In this document: piece after piece, positions 41,025 through 51,511 of the stretch
Layout: every line of letters begins with the position of its first letter
Position numbering within the stretch: the first letter of the stretch is position 1
Origin: Cenarchaeum sp.
GTDB taxonomy: Archaea; Thermoproteota; Nitrososphaeria; Nitrososphaerales; Nitrosopumilaceae
Assembly: GCA_963693095.2 (NCBI GenBank)
Contig: OY843768.1
Location: forward strand, 1,728,001-1,792,000
Direction of reading: 5' to 3'
Length of the DNA: 64,000 bases
The notes under the pieces: generated by a model
The model's database searches: none
Told to the model about the DNA's origin: nothing
The model's input: the letters and a program-made list of their open reading frames with translations, nothing else
Program-made: the position numbers and the translations under genes

Positions 41025-41654
41025 TTGTCAAGCGTAGAGAATCTCATACTTCACGGGACGACGACAGTCGGCATCAAGGCCGCCGACGGCATCGTCCTCT
41101 GCGCTGACATGAGGGCCAGCGCGGGCTACTTTATCGCCAACAACAACACGATGAAGATACAGCGGATCGACGGGCACGCGGGCATGACGATGGCCGGAGG
41201 CGTCGCTGACGCCCAGAACATCACTGACGCGCTGCGCTACCACGCCAGGCTTCATCGCGTCAGAAAGCAGCGCCCGATGCCGATACGCTCGATAACGCGC
41301 CTCGCCTCGCTCATATTCCACCAGAACCGCGGATACCCCTTTATCGCCGACATACTCGTCGGGGGCCATGACGAGGACGGGCCGGCCCTCTTTAACATCG
41401 ACATGTTCGGCTCCGTTGAGCCAAAGACATACGTCACGACGGGCAGCGGCTCGCCAGTCGCATACGGCCTCCTTGAGGAGGAGTATGCCGACGGAATATC
41501 GATTGATGACGCAAAGCGCGTCGCATTTCGCGCCGTGAGCGCAGCGATTGCGCGCAACATCGGAACCGGCGACGGGATAAACGTCGCAACAGTCGACAAG
41601 AACGGCTTCCGACTCCTCACCGTCGAGGAAAAGTCGGCACTGGGGAAGTCCTAA
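41025..41654 (+). CDS. psmB: Proteasome subunit beta
   Basis: HG|TTTVG autoprocessing site; GSGS motif. Confidence 0.95.
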   Translation: MSSVENLILHGTTTVGIKAADGIVLCADMRASAGYFIANNNTMKIQRIDGHAGMTMAGGVADAQNITDALRYHARLHRVRKQRPMPIRSITRLASLIFHQNRGYPFIADILVGGHDEDGPALFNIDMFGSVEPKTYVTTGSGSPVAYGLLEEEYADGISIDDAKRVAFRAVSAAIARNIGTGDGINVATVDKNGFRLLTVEEKSALGKS

Positions 41655-41663
41655 AGATCACAC

Positions 41664-43625
41664 ATGCAACGCAAGCAGCAGCCCCGCGGCAGGCCCGCAG
41701 GCCCAAAAAAAGAGCGAGTGTCCGGCCAGAATATCATGGCTGCCATACTCAAGGGAATACCCGCCGAGTCCGGCGTGCGCAAGATAGAGTACGAGGGCCC
41801 GCGCATCGCGCTATACACGGACACGCCGCGATACCTCATCGAGCACAATGACATTATCTCCAACCTTGTCAACACGATCAAGAAGCGCATAGTCATACGC
41901 ACGCTAGAGGACTCGAGAAAGCCTGAAGACGCGGCGCGCCGCACACTAGTGGGCCTTGTTCCAAAGGATGCCGGCATGCAGGGCATGTTCTTTGACGCGG
42001 CGACCGGAGAGGTCACGCTTGAGGCAAAGCGGCCCTGGCTCCTGCAAAAGGGCGCCTCGTCATTTAGCGCGGCTGACGCCGCCGAGAAGACGGGCTGGAT
42101 ACTGCGAATCAAAAAGGCGCCGACGTTCCAGTCTAGCACGATCCAGGCGATAAACCACAGCCTAAAGGTCTCAGCAACAGAGCGCAGCAAGCAGCTAAAA
42201 AAGATCGGCGATGAGATATTTCGCTCGAGGATAACGACGCGCACGGACGTCTCGCTCTTTACGCTCGGCGGCTTTGGGCAGGTCGGCCGCTCGTGCATGC
42301 TCCTTGCGACGCCAGAGAGCAAGGTCCTCATCGACTGCGGCGTCAATCCCGGCGGCCGCACGCCGTCTGAGTCGTTTCCGCGCCTTGACTGGCTAAACAT
42401 GACAATAGACGACCTTGACGCAATTGTCATCGGCCATGCGCACCTTGACCACACGGGATTCCTCCCTGTCCTCTGCAAGTACGGGTACAGGGGCCCAATA
42501 TACTGCACAGAGCCGACGCTGCCCATGATGAACCTCATACAGCTCGACGCGATAAAGGTCGCCGCCGCGCAGGGCCGCACGCCAATGTACTCAGAGCCAG
42601 ACGTGAGGCAGATAATGAGGCAGACGATCACGCTACCGTACGGCACGGTCACTGACATATCGCCGGACATAAAGCTCGTCCTGGCAAACGCGGGCCATAT
42701 CGTCGGCTCGGCACTCTGCCACTTTCACATAGGCAACGGGGATCACAACTTTGTCTATTCGGGGGACATAAAGTTCGCCAAGAGCGCGCTATTTGAGGCG
42801 GCGAGCTGGAACTTTCCGAGGGCAGAAACGCTCCTCATCGAGTCCACATATGGCGCAAAGGAGGACATACAGCCCTCGCGCCAGGAGGTCGAGACGCTCT
42901 TTGTCAGGCTAGTCAACGAGACGCTCAACGCAGGCGGCAAGGTCATAATCCCGATACCCGCAGTGGGGCGCGCGCAGGAGATAATGATGGTAATAGACGG
43001 ATACATGAAGTCCGGCCAGATGACTGAGGCGCCGGTCTTTACAGAGGGCATGATAACTGAGGCCTCTGCAATCCACGAGACGCACCCTGACTATCTCGCG
43101 CGCGAGCTGCGCCAAAAGATACTAGAGACAGACGACAACCCGTTTGACTCTGAATATTTCACAAACATCGAGCACGCCAATGCGCGAGACGAGCCGCTGC
43201 GCGAGGGCTCACCATGCATCATCATGGCAACATCGGGAATGTTGGAGGGCGGCCCAATACTCGAGTACTTTCGCGAACTCGTCACCGATGAGCGCAACCT
43301 CCTGCTCTTTGTGTCATACCAGGTCAACGGCACGCTCGGGAGGCGCGTCCTTGATGGCGCAAAGCAGGTCTCGCTTCTTGGCAAGGGCGGCAAGGTCAGC
43401 GTCGTTAGCGTAAAGTCAAGGATGGAAAAGCTCGACGGCTTTAGCGGTCACAGTGACTATAACCAGCTAATGTCGTTTGTGCAGAGGCTGCGCCCAAAGC
43501 TGCGGCGCGTTCTTGTCAACCATGGGGAACGGCGCAAGTCAGACAACCTGTCGGCGTCCATCAGGAGACTTTACAGGATTCCTGCGCACAATCCGCAGAT
43601 ACAAGAAGCGATCAGGCTATTTTAG
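41664..43625 (+). CDS. fttA: beta-CASP ribonuclease aCPSF1 / termination factor FttA
   Basis: N-terminal KH domains; HAHLDH and FSGHSD motifs. Confidence 0.95.
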   Translation: MQRKQQPRGRPAGPKKERVSGQNIMAAILKGIPAESGVRKIEYEGPRIALYTDTPRYLIEHNDIISNLVNTIKKRIVIRTLEDSRKPEDAARRTLVGLVPKDAGMQGMFFDAATGEVTLEAKRPWLLQKGASSFSAADAAEKTGWILRIKKAPTFQSSTIQAINHSLKVSATERSKQLKKIGDEIFRSRITTRTDVSLFTLGGFGQVGRSCMLLATPESKVLIDCGVNPGGRTPSESFPRLDWLNMTIDDLDAIVIGHAHLDHTGFLPVLCKYGYRGPIYCTEPTLPMMNLIQLDAIKVAAAQGRTPMYSEPDVRQIMRQTITLPYGTVTDISPDIKLVLANAGHIVGSALCHFHIGNGDHNFVYSGDIKFAKSALFEAASWNFPRAETLLIESTYGAKEDIQPSRQEVETLFVRLVNETLNAGGKVIIPIPAVGRAQEIMMVIDGYMKSGQMTEAPVFTEGMITEASAIHETHPDYLARELRQKILETDDNPFDSEYFTNIEHANARDEPLREGSPCIIMATSGMLEGGPILEYFRELVTDERNLLLFVSYQVNGTLGRRVLDGAKQVSLLGKGGKVSVVSVKSRMEKLDGFSGHSDYNQLMSFVQRLRPKLRRVLVNHGERRKSDNLSASIRRLYRIPAHNPQIQEAIRLF

Positions 43626-43895
43626 GCCATAGTCTGGCTTCCAGATCTTTATCCTTGATGGCGTGACGATTATGCGCTCCTCGCCGAGGCGCGCAATGTC
43701 ATAGCCGTTCTCCTTTGCGAGCTCATAGAGCTCCGAGACGAGTGCGCGCAGCTTTGCGACGTCCTTGTTTGCCAACGGCGTGACGCGGAGTATGAGGACC
43801 ATGCCTCCCCTGACATCCTCGCGTATCTGGCGCATGTCGCTGGGGTCACGTATCGTGATGGCCTTGAGGTATGTCGGCGCTTCCTGCCTCTGCAT
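43617..43895 (-). CDS. sepF: SepF-family protein
   Basis: GYDIARLGEERIIVTPS. Confidence 0.8.
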   Translation of the reverse strand: MQRQEAPTYLKAITIRDPSDMRQIREDVRGGMVLILRVTPLANKDVAKLRALVSELYELAKENGYDIARLGEERIIVTPSRIKIWKPDYGLK

Positions 43896-43948
43896 TGCGT
43901 CCGTGCGCGCGGCCTTCCCCTTGAAATACCTTTTTTGTCCCTTCGCGC

Positions 43949-44947
43949 CTAGAGCATGACTTCGGCGTAGGACTCCTCGCGGGCAGGCCCCACGACGAGC
44001 TCGCCGGAGCGGGCGCCGGCAAGCCTTACCTTGCCGTCCTCGCCGGCCGGCGAGTCCGAGTAGCGCAGGGTGACAGACGCGCAAAACTCGACATGCTCGC
44101 CGGCGTCGAGCCCGCGAACAAGCGAGACGGGTCCCACGTGATCTGCGGCCTCGAGGACAATGTCATCGGGAAGCGCAAGTGCGCGTATCGTCTCGTTCTC
44201 GTCATGGTTTCTGCCAACGATAAGGCGCGCGTTGTCACCTAGCCTAAAGTGGCGGCCAACCTTTAGCAAGTCGACGTCGTTTATTGTTGGCGTCTGCGTG
44301 TGCGCAAAGAGATCCTTTGCGCGTCGGCCAAACGACTTGTCAGTTAGGAGACAGCCGCCACCCGCGTTTGGCGGGTTTGCGATGCCGTACTCGCGTGCCA
44401 TGCGCAACTGTGAGCGCCGGCTCCGGCCCCTGATCATGCCGAGGTCCTCGCGCCGTATGAGGCCGTCGCGCTCTGCATCAGTCTCCGGAAGGAGCGCGCC
44501 GCTGAGCGGGCGCACTATCTTGCCCTGGAGCTTTGAGTCCTTTTCTATGATCCTCATTGCGTCACGGTGCTGGCTCATCGGGCGCTGGCCCAACACCTCG
44601 CCGGATATGACAAACTCGGCGCCAATCTCCTCCATGCGCTCCTTGGCCGCATCGAACATCATCGCGCGGCAGTCAACGCAAGGGTTCATGCCGGCACCGA
44701 TCCCGTGCTTTGGCTTTTTTAGCATCTCGATATACTCGTCACCAAGGTATACGGTCTTTAGGTCGACGCCGAGCTCCTCGGCCCTCTCCCTGATCTCAAA
44801 ACCGCACCCGCGCCCGCAGTCAAAGTCGCAGAACGGCGTCTTTATGGCGACAGCCGAGACCTCAAAGCCTCGATCCTGCATCATGCGCACGGCGAGCTGG
44901 CTGTCGAGTCCTCCCGAGAGCAGCGCGACGACCTTTTTCTTGGCCAT
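43949..44947 (-). CDS. PP-loop tRNA thiouridylase-like protein with a C-terminal DUF814-like region
   Basis: SGGLDS, NPCVDCR, GEVLGQRPMSQ, GGCLLTD motifs. Confidence 0.85.
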   Translation of the reverse strand: MAKKKVVALLSGGLDSQLAVRMMQDRGFEVSAVAIKTPFCDFDCGRGCGFEIRERAEELGVDLKTVYLGDEYIEMLKKPKHGIGAGMNPCVDCRAMMFDAAKERMEEIGAEFVISGEVLGQRPMSQHRDAMRIIEKDSKLQGKIVRPLSGALLPETDAERDGLIRREDLGMIRGRSRRSQLRMAREYGIANPPNAGGGCLLTDKSFGRRAKDLFAHTQTPTINDVDLLKVGRHFRLGDNARLIVGRNHDENETIRALALPDDIVLEAADHVGPVSLVRGLDAGEHVEFCASVTLRYSDSPAGEDGKVRLAGARSGELVVGPAREESYAEVML

Positions 44948-45070
44948 TCTGACCGGCGCGCGCGCCGGACCGCCTTATACGACTTTGCCACGGGCGTGGC
45001 CGGACGGCCTCCCCTGACGGGTTCCCCGCGCATGGATTCGGGCCGTGCGGCCCGCGTTCAACAGAGATAA

Positions 45071-46159
45071 ATGGCAATGTGCGCGCAGCGTGCCATGAAG
45101 AAGCGCAGGGTCAAGCTCATGGCTCACGCACGCGAGGCCGGCGCCGGCGCGCTCGTCGCATACGAGCCAGAAAACCTGTTCTACATGACGGGGTTCTGGG
45201 GCGAGGCCACCGGAGTCCTCGGAGAGGACGGCCGCATGACCATCGTAGCGCCTGCCCTCGAGGCCGAGAGGGCAGAGCGTGACTCTGTTGACTGTGAGGT
45301 CATATCGACAGACAGGGGCGCGCCGATGGCCCGCACGCTCTCCTCGCTTGTCGGCAAGGGCGTCATATGCACGGACTGCCGCGATCCGGCCGCGCTGCGA
45401 GAGCTCAAAAAGGCAAGCGGCGAGGCCAGACAGGACGACACGCCGTTCACCGAGTCGCGCATGATAAAGGACGTGCATGAGGTTCGCGCGCTTCAGCACG
45501 CGTCTTCAGTCATAGACAAGATGTTTGAGCTCTGCACAAGTGTCATGTGCGCCGGAATGCGCGAGTCTGAGCTCCAGGCAAAGCTAATGTCGTATGCTGC
45601 AGAGAACGAGCTATTTGACACGGGATACAGGTACACGACAAACCCGCTCATCATAGCGAGCGGCCCAAACTCTGCGCTGCCACATGCGCAGGTCACACAG
45701 AGAAAGTTTGAGCGCGGAGACCTCGTCACCGTCGATATCACGCTGCGCTATCGCGGGTATGTGTCTGATGCGACGCGCACGTTTGGAGTCGGCTCTGTCG
45801 GCGACAAGCAGCGCGAAGTCTATGCGATTGTAAAGGAGGCCCAAGAGCGCGGACTAGACGCGCTTGCGCTAAACGCGTCATGCAAGTCGATAGACTCTGC
45901 GTGCCGCGATCACATATTCTCAGAGGGGTACGGCGCGCGCTTTGTCCACTCGACAGGGCACGGCATTGGCCTTGACGTGCATGAGGAGCCCTCGATCTCG
46001 GCGCGCAGCACGCGTGACCTAGTGCGGGGCATGACAATAACAGTCGAGCCCGGAATATACATTCCGCGCACGTTTGGCGTGAGAATAGAGGACTCTGTCA
46101 TCGTGCGCAAGCGGCCGGCTGCGCTCCACGAGTTCACAAAGGACCTAGTTGTCGTCTGA
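45071..46159 (+). CDS. Xaa-Pro peptidase (M24)
   Basis: SALPH, SDATRT, HSTGHGIGLDVHEEP, VEPGIY motifs. Confidence 0.95.
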   Translation: MAMCAQRAMKKRRVKLMAHAREAGAGALVAYEPENLFYMTGFWGEATGVLGEDGRMTIVAPALEAERAERDSVDCEVISTDRGAPMARTLSSLVGKGVICTDCRDPAALRELKKASGEARQDDTPFTESRMIKDVHEVRALQHASSVIDKMFELCTSVMCAGMRESELQAKLMSYAAENELFDTGYRYTTNPLIIASGPNSALPHAQVTQRKFERGDLVTVDITLRYRGYVSDATRTFGVGSVGDKQREVYAIVKEAQERGLDALALNASCKSIDSACRDHIFSEGYGARFVHSTGHGIGLDVHEEPSISARSTRDLVRGMTITVEPGIYIPRTFGVRIEDSVIVRKRPAALHEFTKDLVVV

Positions 46160-47383
46160 GGCAACGCGTGCCTCGATGGCGACCCTCACGGCGCGCGCGA
46201 GCTCGGCGGCCGTGCGCCTGCGCCGCGGGCCGGTCCTCTTGCCGCGCTCTAGTATGACTGTCGCGCGCCGGCCCCCAGTGCGCCCCCCCACGTCATTGGC
46301 CACGACAATGTCCGCGTCGCACTTTGCCATCTTTGAGCGCGCAGACGAGACGAGCCTTGCGTGCGAGACGCCGGCCTCGGCCTTGAAGGCCACGATGACG
46401 GCCTTTGGGCACGCGCTGCGGATGCCGTCGACTATCTTTGGCGTGGGCACGAGCCTGAGCGTGAGGGCGGCCCGCCGGCTCGGCATCTTTGAGCGTGACT
46501 GGGAGGACGGGGCATAGTCTGAGACGGCTGCTGCCATGACGACAATGTCAGTGCCTGCCCGAAGCTCGGCCCGCACGGCGCGCGCCATCTCGGCGGCGCT
46601 AGTCACGCTGGTGACGCCGATGCCTTCAGGCGGGCGCACGCACGCCGGCCCGTAGACCATCCGCACGCGCGCGCCGGCGGCGGCGAGCTCGGATGCCACG
46701 AGCGTGCCCGTCTCGCCCGTGCTGTGCGACACTATGGACCGGACCGCGTCGATGCGCTCAGAGGTCGGGCCGGCCACGACGAGTGCGCGCTTGCCGCGCA
46801 GGGCACTCGAGGCGCCCAGGACTTCTAGTGCGCGGCGCAGGACGGCCTCGGGCTCGGGGGCCTTTGCCTTTCCCTCCAGGATCGTAGGCTCGACGAACTC
46901 TATGCTCTTGCGCAGGAATGCCGTGTTGCGCCGCACGGCCGGATTTGCGTGCATCGAGGCGTGCATTGCCATGCACGCGATGATCGGTATCTTTGAGCCA
47001 AGGGCCACTGTCAGGACAGTCGCCACCGGCGTGTCATCTATTCCCGAGGCGAGCTTGCCTATCGTGTTGGCAGTTGCCGGATACACTACGACGAGGTCAG
47101 ACCTGCCATAGTCAGCAAGCTCGACGTGCTCGAGCCTTCCGGTGAGCCTGGTGACTGGCGCGTTGCCTGTCGCCCATCGAAAGTACTCTGGCCTTATGAG
47201 GCGCGTTGCCGCAGAGCTGAGCACGCACGTGACGTCGGCCCCGTGGCGCATGAGTAGGCGCGCGACGTCTATGGCCCTGTATGCGGCGACGCTGCCGGCC
47301 ACGCAGAGAACGACCCTCCTTCCGGCGAGGCCAGAGCCTTCTGAGCCGGTGATGTCCTTTGCGACGGTGCGCCTTGCCATCAT
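46145..47383 (-). CDS. coaBC: Phosphopantothenoylcysteine decarboxylase/ligase
   Basis: GSVAAY, PATANTIGK, AAAVSDY motifs. Confidence 0.95.
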   Translation of the reverse strand: MMARRTVAKDITGSEGSGLAGRRVVLCVAGSVAAYRAIDVARLLMRHGADVTCVLSSAATRLIRPEYFRWATGNAPVTRLTGRLEHVELADYGRSDLVVVYPATANTIGKLASGIDDTPVATVLTVALGSKIPIIACMAMHASMHANPAVRRNTAFLRKSIEFVEPTILEGKAKAPEPEAVLRRALEVLGASSALRGKRALVVAGPTSERIDAVRSIVSHSTGETGTLVASELAAAGARVRMVYGPACVRPPEGIGVTSVTSAAEMARAVRAELRAGTDIVVMAAAVSDYAPSSQSRSKMPSRRAALTLRLVPTPKIVDGIRSACPKAVIVAFKAEAGVSHARLVSSARSKMAKCDADIVVANDVGGRTGGRRATVILERGKRTGPRRRRTAAELARAVRVAIEARVASDDN

Positions 47384-48168
47384 GTGCCCCCCATCGAGAA
47401 CGAGTGGGCCTCTGAGGGAAATGCGCCAGACTCGACATCACTGCGGTACTCGGACGCGGCAGCCGTTATCTCTGAGGCGAGGTCTCGATACCTCTTTGCA
47501 AACGATGGCCGAATGCGCTCGTACATGCCGAGCATGTCGTGCGCAACGAGAACCTGCCCGTCACACGAGGATCCCGAGCCGATCCCAATGGTCGGGATGC
47601 CAACTGACGCAGTCACGTCTGCAGCAGCCTCCGAGCTGACCATCTCTAGGACCATCGCAAACGCGCCGGCGGACTCTAGTGCGCGCGCCGCACCCACGAG
47701 GCCCACGGCATCCTCGCGCGTGAGCCCGTGTCTCCTGGTTCCCGTCGAGGTCTGCGGCTGGTAGCCGATGTGGCCCATGACTGGCACCCCCGAGGCGACG
47801 ATTGCGGCAACTTGCGCGCAGACCTCTGTGCCGCCCTCGACCTTTACGCCCTGCGCGCCGGCGGCAACTAGCGCACGCGCCCCAGAGACGGCCGAGTCCT
47901 CATTGTCGTATGACCCGATGGGCATGTCCGAGACAACAAGGGCCTGTGCGCGTGCTGCGGCCACTGCGCGCGTAAAGATGGCCATCTCGTCCATGCTGAC
48001 ACCGTGCGTAGAGTCCTGCCCCATGATCACCATTCCGGCGCTGTCGCCGACTAGGAGAATGTCGATTCTGGCGCGATCAAGTAGCGTGGCCATCGTCGCG
48101 TCATACGCAGTCACGCACGATATCCTCCTTGCGCCCTTTAGGGCCGTGATCTCCCTAGCAGAGGCCAC
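47380..48168 (-). CDS. panB: 3-methyl-2-oxobutanoate hydroxymethyltransferase
   Basis: TAYDA, LVGDS, KVEGG, GHIG motifs. Confidence 0.96.
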   Translation of the reverse strand: MASAREITALKGARRISCVTAYDATMATLLDRARIDILLVGDSAGMVIMGQDSTHGVSMDEMAIFTRAVAAARAQALVVSDMPIGSYDNEDSAVSGARALVAAGAQGVKVEGGTEVCAQVAAIVASGVPVMGHIGYQPQTSTGTRRHGLTREDAVGLVGAARALESAGAFAMVLEMVSSEAAADVTASVGIPTIGIGSGSSCDGQVLVAHDMLGMYERIRPSFAKRYRDLASEITAAASEYRSDVESGAFPSEAHSFSMGGT

Positions 48169-48925
48169 GGCCTGCCATCCTCCCTAGTCGCACGTTGATG
48201 TCATGTATGTGCCCCGCGAGGGCATCGGCGTTGTCATGTGCGGCGACGATTCGCGCGAGCCGACTGCCGCCTGCACGCCGAAGCGTCGAGCAGCGCGAGG
48301 CGAGCAGGCCCATGGCCCGCACGACATTGTCGACTATGGTGATGTCTGCGGCTCGCGCGGTCCGCGAGAGCGGGTTGAGGTCTATGGCGATGACCCGCTT
48401 GCCGGCCCGCACTAGGGCCTCGGCTCGGTCGCCGTCCTCGAGGGGAACGAGGACGACGTCAGCGGCGGCGATGCCGCGCGAGTCGATGATGCGCCGTGCC
48501 GAGTCTAGGCCACCGAGCCTCACCTGCGAGGATCGCGAGACGCCAAGAACCCCGCGCGCGCCGAGGGACGCAAGGCGCGCGGCTATCTTTTTGCGGCGCG
48601 CGATGCTGTCATAGAACAGGTTTACCTCTAGGCGCGCACCGGCTGCGCGCGCAACGCCGATGGCCTCCCTTGCGCAGAGTGCGGCCACGTTGCCGTTGAC
48701 CGAGACGACTGGCCGCTCGGCGAGGAGGAGCATTGCGGCTGCCGCACTGATCGACGAGCGCGCGCGCCGGCTCGTGCGCTCGCCGAGGAGATAGTCAAAG
48801 GCCTCGCCGCGTCCGTGCGCAATGAGGCCCTCATGGGCCACGAGTCCGGCACCAAACCCGGAGACGAGGCCCTCGCGGATGCGCAGCGACTCGGCGCGCG
48901 GATGTGATCGCGGAATGTGGCCCAT
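48155..48925 (-). CDS. Phosphopantothenate synthetase (archaeal PPS)
   Basis: HPRAESL, AHGRGEAFDYLLGE, PLEDGDR, IDLNPLSRT motifs. Confidence 0.93.
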   Translation of the reverse strand: MGHIPRSHPRAESLRIREGLVSGFGAGLVAHEGLIAHGRGEAFDYLLGERTSRRARSSISAAAAMLLLAERPVVSVNGNVAALCAREAIGVARAAGARLEVNLFYDSIARRKKIAARLASLGARGVLGVSRSSQVRLGGLDSARRIIDSRGIAAADVVLVPLEDGDRAEALVRAGKRVIAIDLNPLSRTARAADITIVDNVVRAMGLLASRCSTLRRAGGSRLARIVAAHDNADALAGHIHDINVRLGRMAGRGLC

Positions 48926-48939
48926 CGTGCGCGCACCGA

Positions 48940-49824
48940 CTATTCGAGGCGCGCTCCGGCATTGTCGACACTTGAGCGCAAGACCTGACCGCCGCATGAG
49001 CCGAGTATGCGCAGCGCGCGCGGTTCTGAGCCAGAGTCGACCATGGCAAAGACCGTCTCGCCAAAGAGCGCAACGCCGCACGCAATCCCAGCATCGCGCA
49101 GCGCGTCCATCACGTCGCGCATGCGTGGCGTGATGACATTGATGTATCCGGCAAAGCGCGCTGACATGTCCTGGAATGCCCGACTGTCGCGCGACGAGCG
49201 GAGCTCCTCGACCATCCTGCCGCCCAGGCCGTTTATGCTCTCTATCCTGTCCGTGATAAAGTCGTGCGTTGACATTGGCGCAAAGCACACGAGGGCGACG
49301 CGCGAGTCAGACGGGGTTCTCTCCACAATGCCAACGCCGGGCGCGCCAGCAGTAGTCCTGATCTCAAATCCGCCATCAAGGGCGCCGGCAACATCGCCGA
49401 GGCCGGTCCTGCACTCGATCTCGGCAGTGTGCGCGACCTGTGCGGCGCGCTGGCGCGAGAGGCCTGTCCCTAGCGCGGCGTTTAGCGCAAGCGAGAGCGA
49501 GAGCGCAACGGCGGCACTCGAGCCGAGGCCATAGCCGACTGGCACGCCGATCTCGTGGTGAACCCTAATGGAGTGGGGGCGCTCCAAGAGCGCCTCATAC
49601 CTAGTGATCACGGCCTTTGAGACGGCAGTGTCTGCAGTACTGTGGCCGCCGGCCCGTATGTCGCTCTGTGGCGCCGCTGACGGCTCGGCCTCGACGACGG
49701 TCCGAACGCCGTGCGCGATCGAGAATCCGGCTCCCATCGAGCCGGCCCTGAGCGCATCGGCCGTGTCCATCTCGGCCTTGAAGAAGCCTGTGATGTGCGC
49801 CGGGCAGAATGCCACACCCCTCAT
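48940..49824 (-). CDS. Pantoate kinase (GHMP family)
   Basis: PAHITGFF and PVGYGLGSSAA motifs. Confidence 0.92.
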   Translation of the reverse strand: MRGVAFCPAHITGFFKAEMDTADALRAGSMGAGFSIAHGVRTVVEAEPSAAPQSDIRAGGHSTADTAVSKAVITRYEALLERPHSIRVHHEIGVPVGYGLGSSAAVALSLSLALNAALGTGLSRQRAAQVAHTAEIECRTGLGDVAGALDGGFEIRTTAGAPGVGIVERTPSDSRVALVCFAPMSTHDFITDRIESINGLGGRMVEELRSSRDSRAFQDMSARFAGYINVITPRMRDVMDALRDAGIACGVALFGETVFAMVDSGSEPRALRILGSCGGQVLRSSVDNAGARLE

Positions 49825-49887
49825 GCGTGAGCCTAAATTATGGGCAAAATATAAAAATACGGATTAAATCCCTTAAACCAGTTTAAA

Positions 49888-50874
49888 TTGGCTAAATTCC
49901 GCCGACGCCTGCAGAGGATTGGGAGCAGCATGCTCGTCTCGCTGCCAAAGGAGTGGGTCGATGCCAACTCGCTCGCAAAGGGCGCCGAAGTCGGCCTCGA
50001 GACCGAGCGCGACACGCTAGTCCTGAGCGCCTCCGGCGAGTCGACGCCGGCGCGCGAGCTCGAGATATCATACCCCCTGCCCGGCAGGGAGAACATTGTC
50101 GCAAACATCACGGGCGCGTACCTACTGGGCTATGACATCATCCGCATCGCCGGCGAGGGCGACATTCCGGCAGCAGACCACGACAACATACGCCACGCGA
50201 TGAGGCGCCTCGTCGGCATGGAGATAGTCGAGGAGAGCGGCCAGGGAGTGAGTATGCAGTTTCTGCCCGATGCGACGACACTCCGGCCGCAGATGATACT
50301 AAAGAGGATGAACGCGATTGTGGTGGGCATGCATGGTGAGATACTCGCGGCGATAAAGTCACGCGACCGGTCTGGACTGCGCGCGCTTGCGAGCAGGGAT
50401 GACGAGGTCAACCGGCAGTACTTTTTGCTCGTCCGCCTCATACGCAGCGTCATGACCGACCGGCGCCTTGCCAGCGCGTTTAGCCTCGCGAATATCGACG
50501 TTCTTGACTATCGCATTGCGGCAAACCTCGTCGAGGGGGCCGGTGACGCCGTAGTCGAGCTCGCCAATGCGCTCGCCGAGACGACGGTTCCGCAGGCAGA
50601 CTTGACTAGAATGCATGACATGGCCAAAAACTCTGCGCGCGTCGCCGACCTTGCAGTCGAGGCGCTCATCACGCGCAGCCGTGCCACTGCGATCGAGGCC
50701 ATACGAGAGCACCGCGAGTTCCAGAAAAAGATAGCCTCACTGAGGTCATCCCTCGAGCGACGCGGCGGGGTTCAGCTTGACTATCTTGACATTCTGCACA
50801 TGTTTGAGCGCGTCGAGCGCTCGTGGGCTGATGTGGCCGACCTTATCACGCCAGACTATGGGGAGCGCGAGTAG
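49888..50874 (+). CDS. AbrB-PhoU phosphate uptake regulator
   Basis: RRLQRIGSSMLVSLPKEW; DDEVNRQYF. Confidence 0.9.
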   Translation: MAKFRRRLQRIGSSMLVSLPKEWVDANSLAKGAEVGLETERDTLVLSASGESTPARELEISYPLPGRENIVANITGAYLLGYDIIRIAGEGDIPAADHDNIRHAMRRLVGMEIVEESGQGVSMQFLPDATTLRPQMILKRMNAIVVGMHGEILAAIKSRDRSGLRALASRDDEVNRQYFLLVRLIRSVMTDRRLASAFSLANIDVLDYRIAANLVEGAGDAVVELANALAETTVPQADLTRMHDMAKNSARVADLAVEALITRSRATAIEAIREHREFQKKIASLRSSLERRGGVQLDYLDILHMFERVERSWADVADLITPDYGERE

Positions 50875-50956
50875 GCCGCGCACCGGCCTGACATCGGCAA
50901 CGCCAAGGCTCGCAAGTGTTGTCGCGCAGGGATCTGTGGTCACCTCGCCATATTTT

Positions 50957-51037
50957 AGAAACGGGACGACGGAGCGGCTATACAACCGCAGCCGCCGCCC
51001 CTGGGGTGGCCATCAGACCGGCTTTGCACCTTGAGTC
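50957..51037 (-). ncRNA. DUF3800-associated two-hairpin RNA, copy 1
   Basis: GACUCAA-GGUG..GCC(GGUCUGAU)GGC-CACC..GGGGCGGCGG..GCGGUU(GUAU)AGCCGC..CCGUCGUCCC-GUUUCU; TTTACAA 26 nt upstream. Confidence 0.72.
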
Positions 51038-51114
51038 AGGCTGCCGGACGGGAGCCTTGTAAACATATCTCGAAACCTCGTGCGTAGTCCTGTGGATCAA
51101 CTCTGCCATATTTT

Positions 51115-51195
51115 AGAAACGGGACGGCGGTGCGGCCATACAACCGCCCCCGCCGCCCCTAGGGCGGCCTCCAGACAGGCGTTTCACCTTGAGTC
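51115..51195 (-). ncRNA. DUF3800-associated RNA, copy 2
   Basis: Same fold; hairpin-1 loop UGUCUGGA. Confidence 0.72.
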
Positions 51196-51272
51196 AGGCT
51201 GCCGGACGGGAGCCTTGTAAACATATCTCGAAACCTCGTGCGTAGTCCTGTGGATCAACTCTGCCATATTTT

Positions 51273-51353
51273 AGAAACGGGACGGCGGTGCGGCCTTACA
51301 ACCGCCCCCGCCGCCCCTAGGGCGGCCTCCAGACAGGCGTTTCACCTTGAGTC
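51273..51353 (-). ncRNA. DUF3800-associated RNA, copy 3
   Basis: Same fold; differs from copy 2 by one base in the hairpin-2 loop. Confidence 0.72.
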
Positions 51354-51430
51354 AGGCTGCCGGACGGGAGCCTTGTAAACATATCTCGAAACCTCGTGCG
51401 TAGTCCTGTGGATCAACTCTGCCATATTTT

Positions 51431-51511
51431 AGAAACGGGACGACGGTGCGGCCTTACAACCGCCCCCGCCGCCCCTAGGGCGGCCTTCAGACAGGCGTTT
51501 CACCTTGAGTC
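51431..51511 (-). ncRNA. DUF3800-associated RNA, copy 4
   Basis: Same fold; loop UGUCUGAA; TTTATAA 26 nt upstream. Confidence 0.74.

Noticed and set aside
44985-45066. H/ACA or other ncRNA between divergent genes
   Set aside because: GC-rich with a terminal ACA, but I could not establish a convincing hairpin or K-turn.
46145-49824. CoA/pantothenate operon as a novel pathway
   Set aside because: PoK-PPS-PanB-CoaBC is the established archaeal route.
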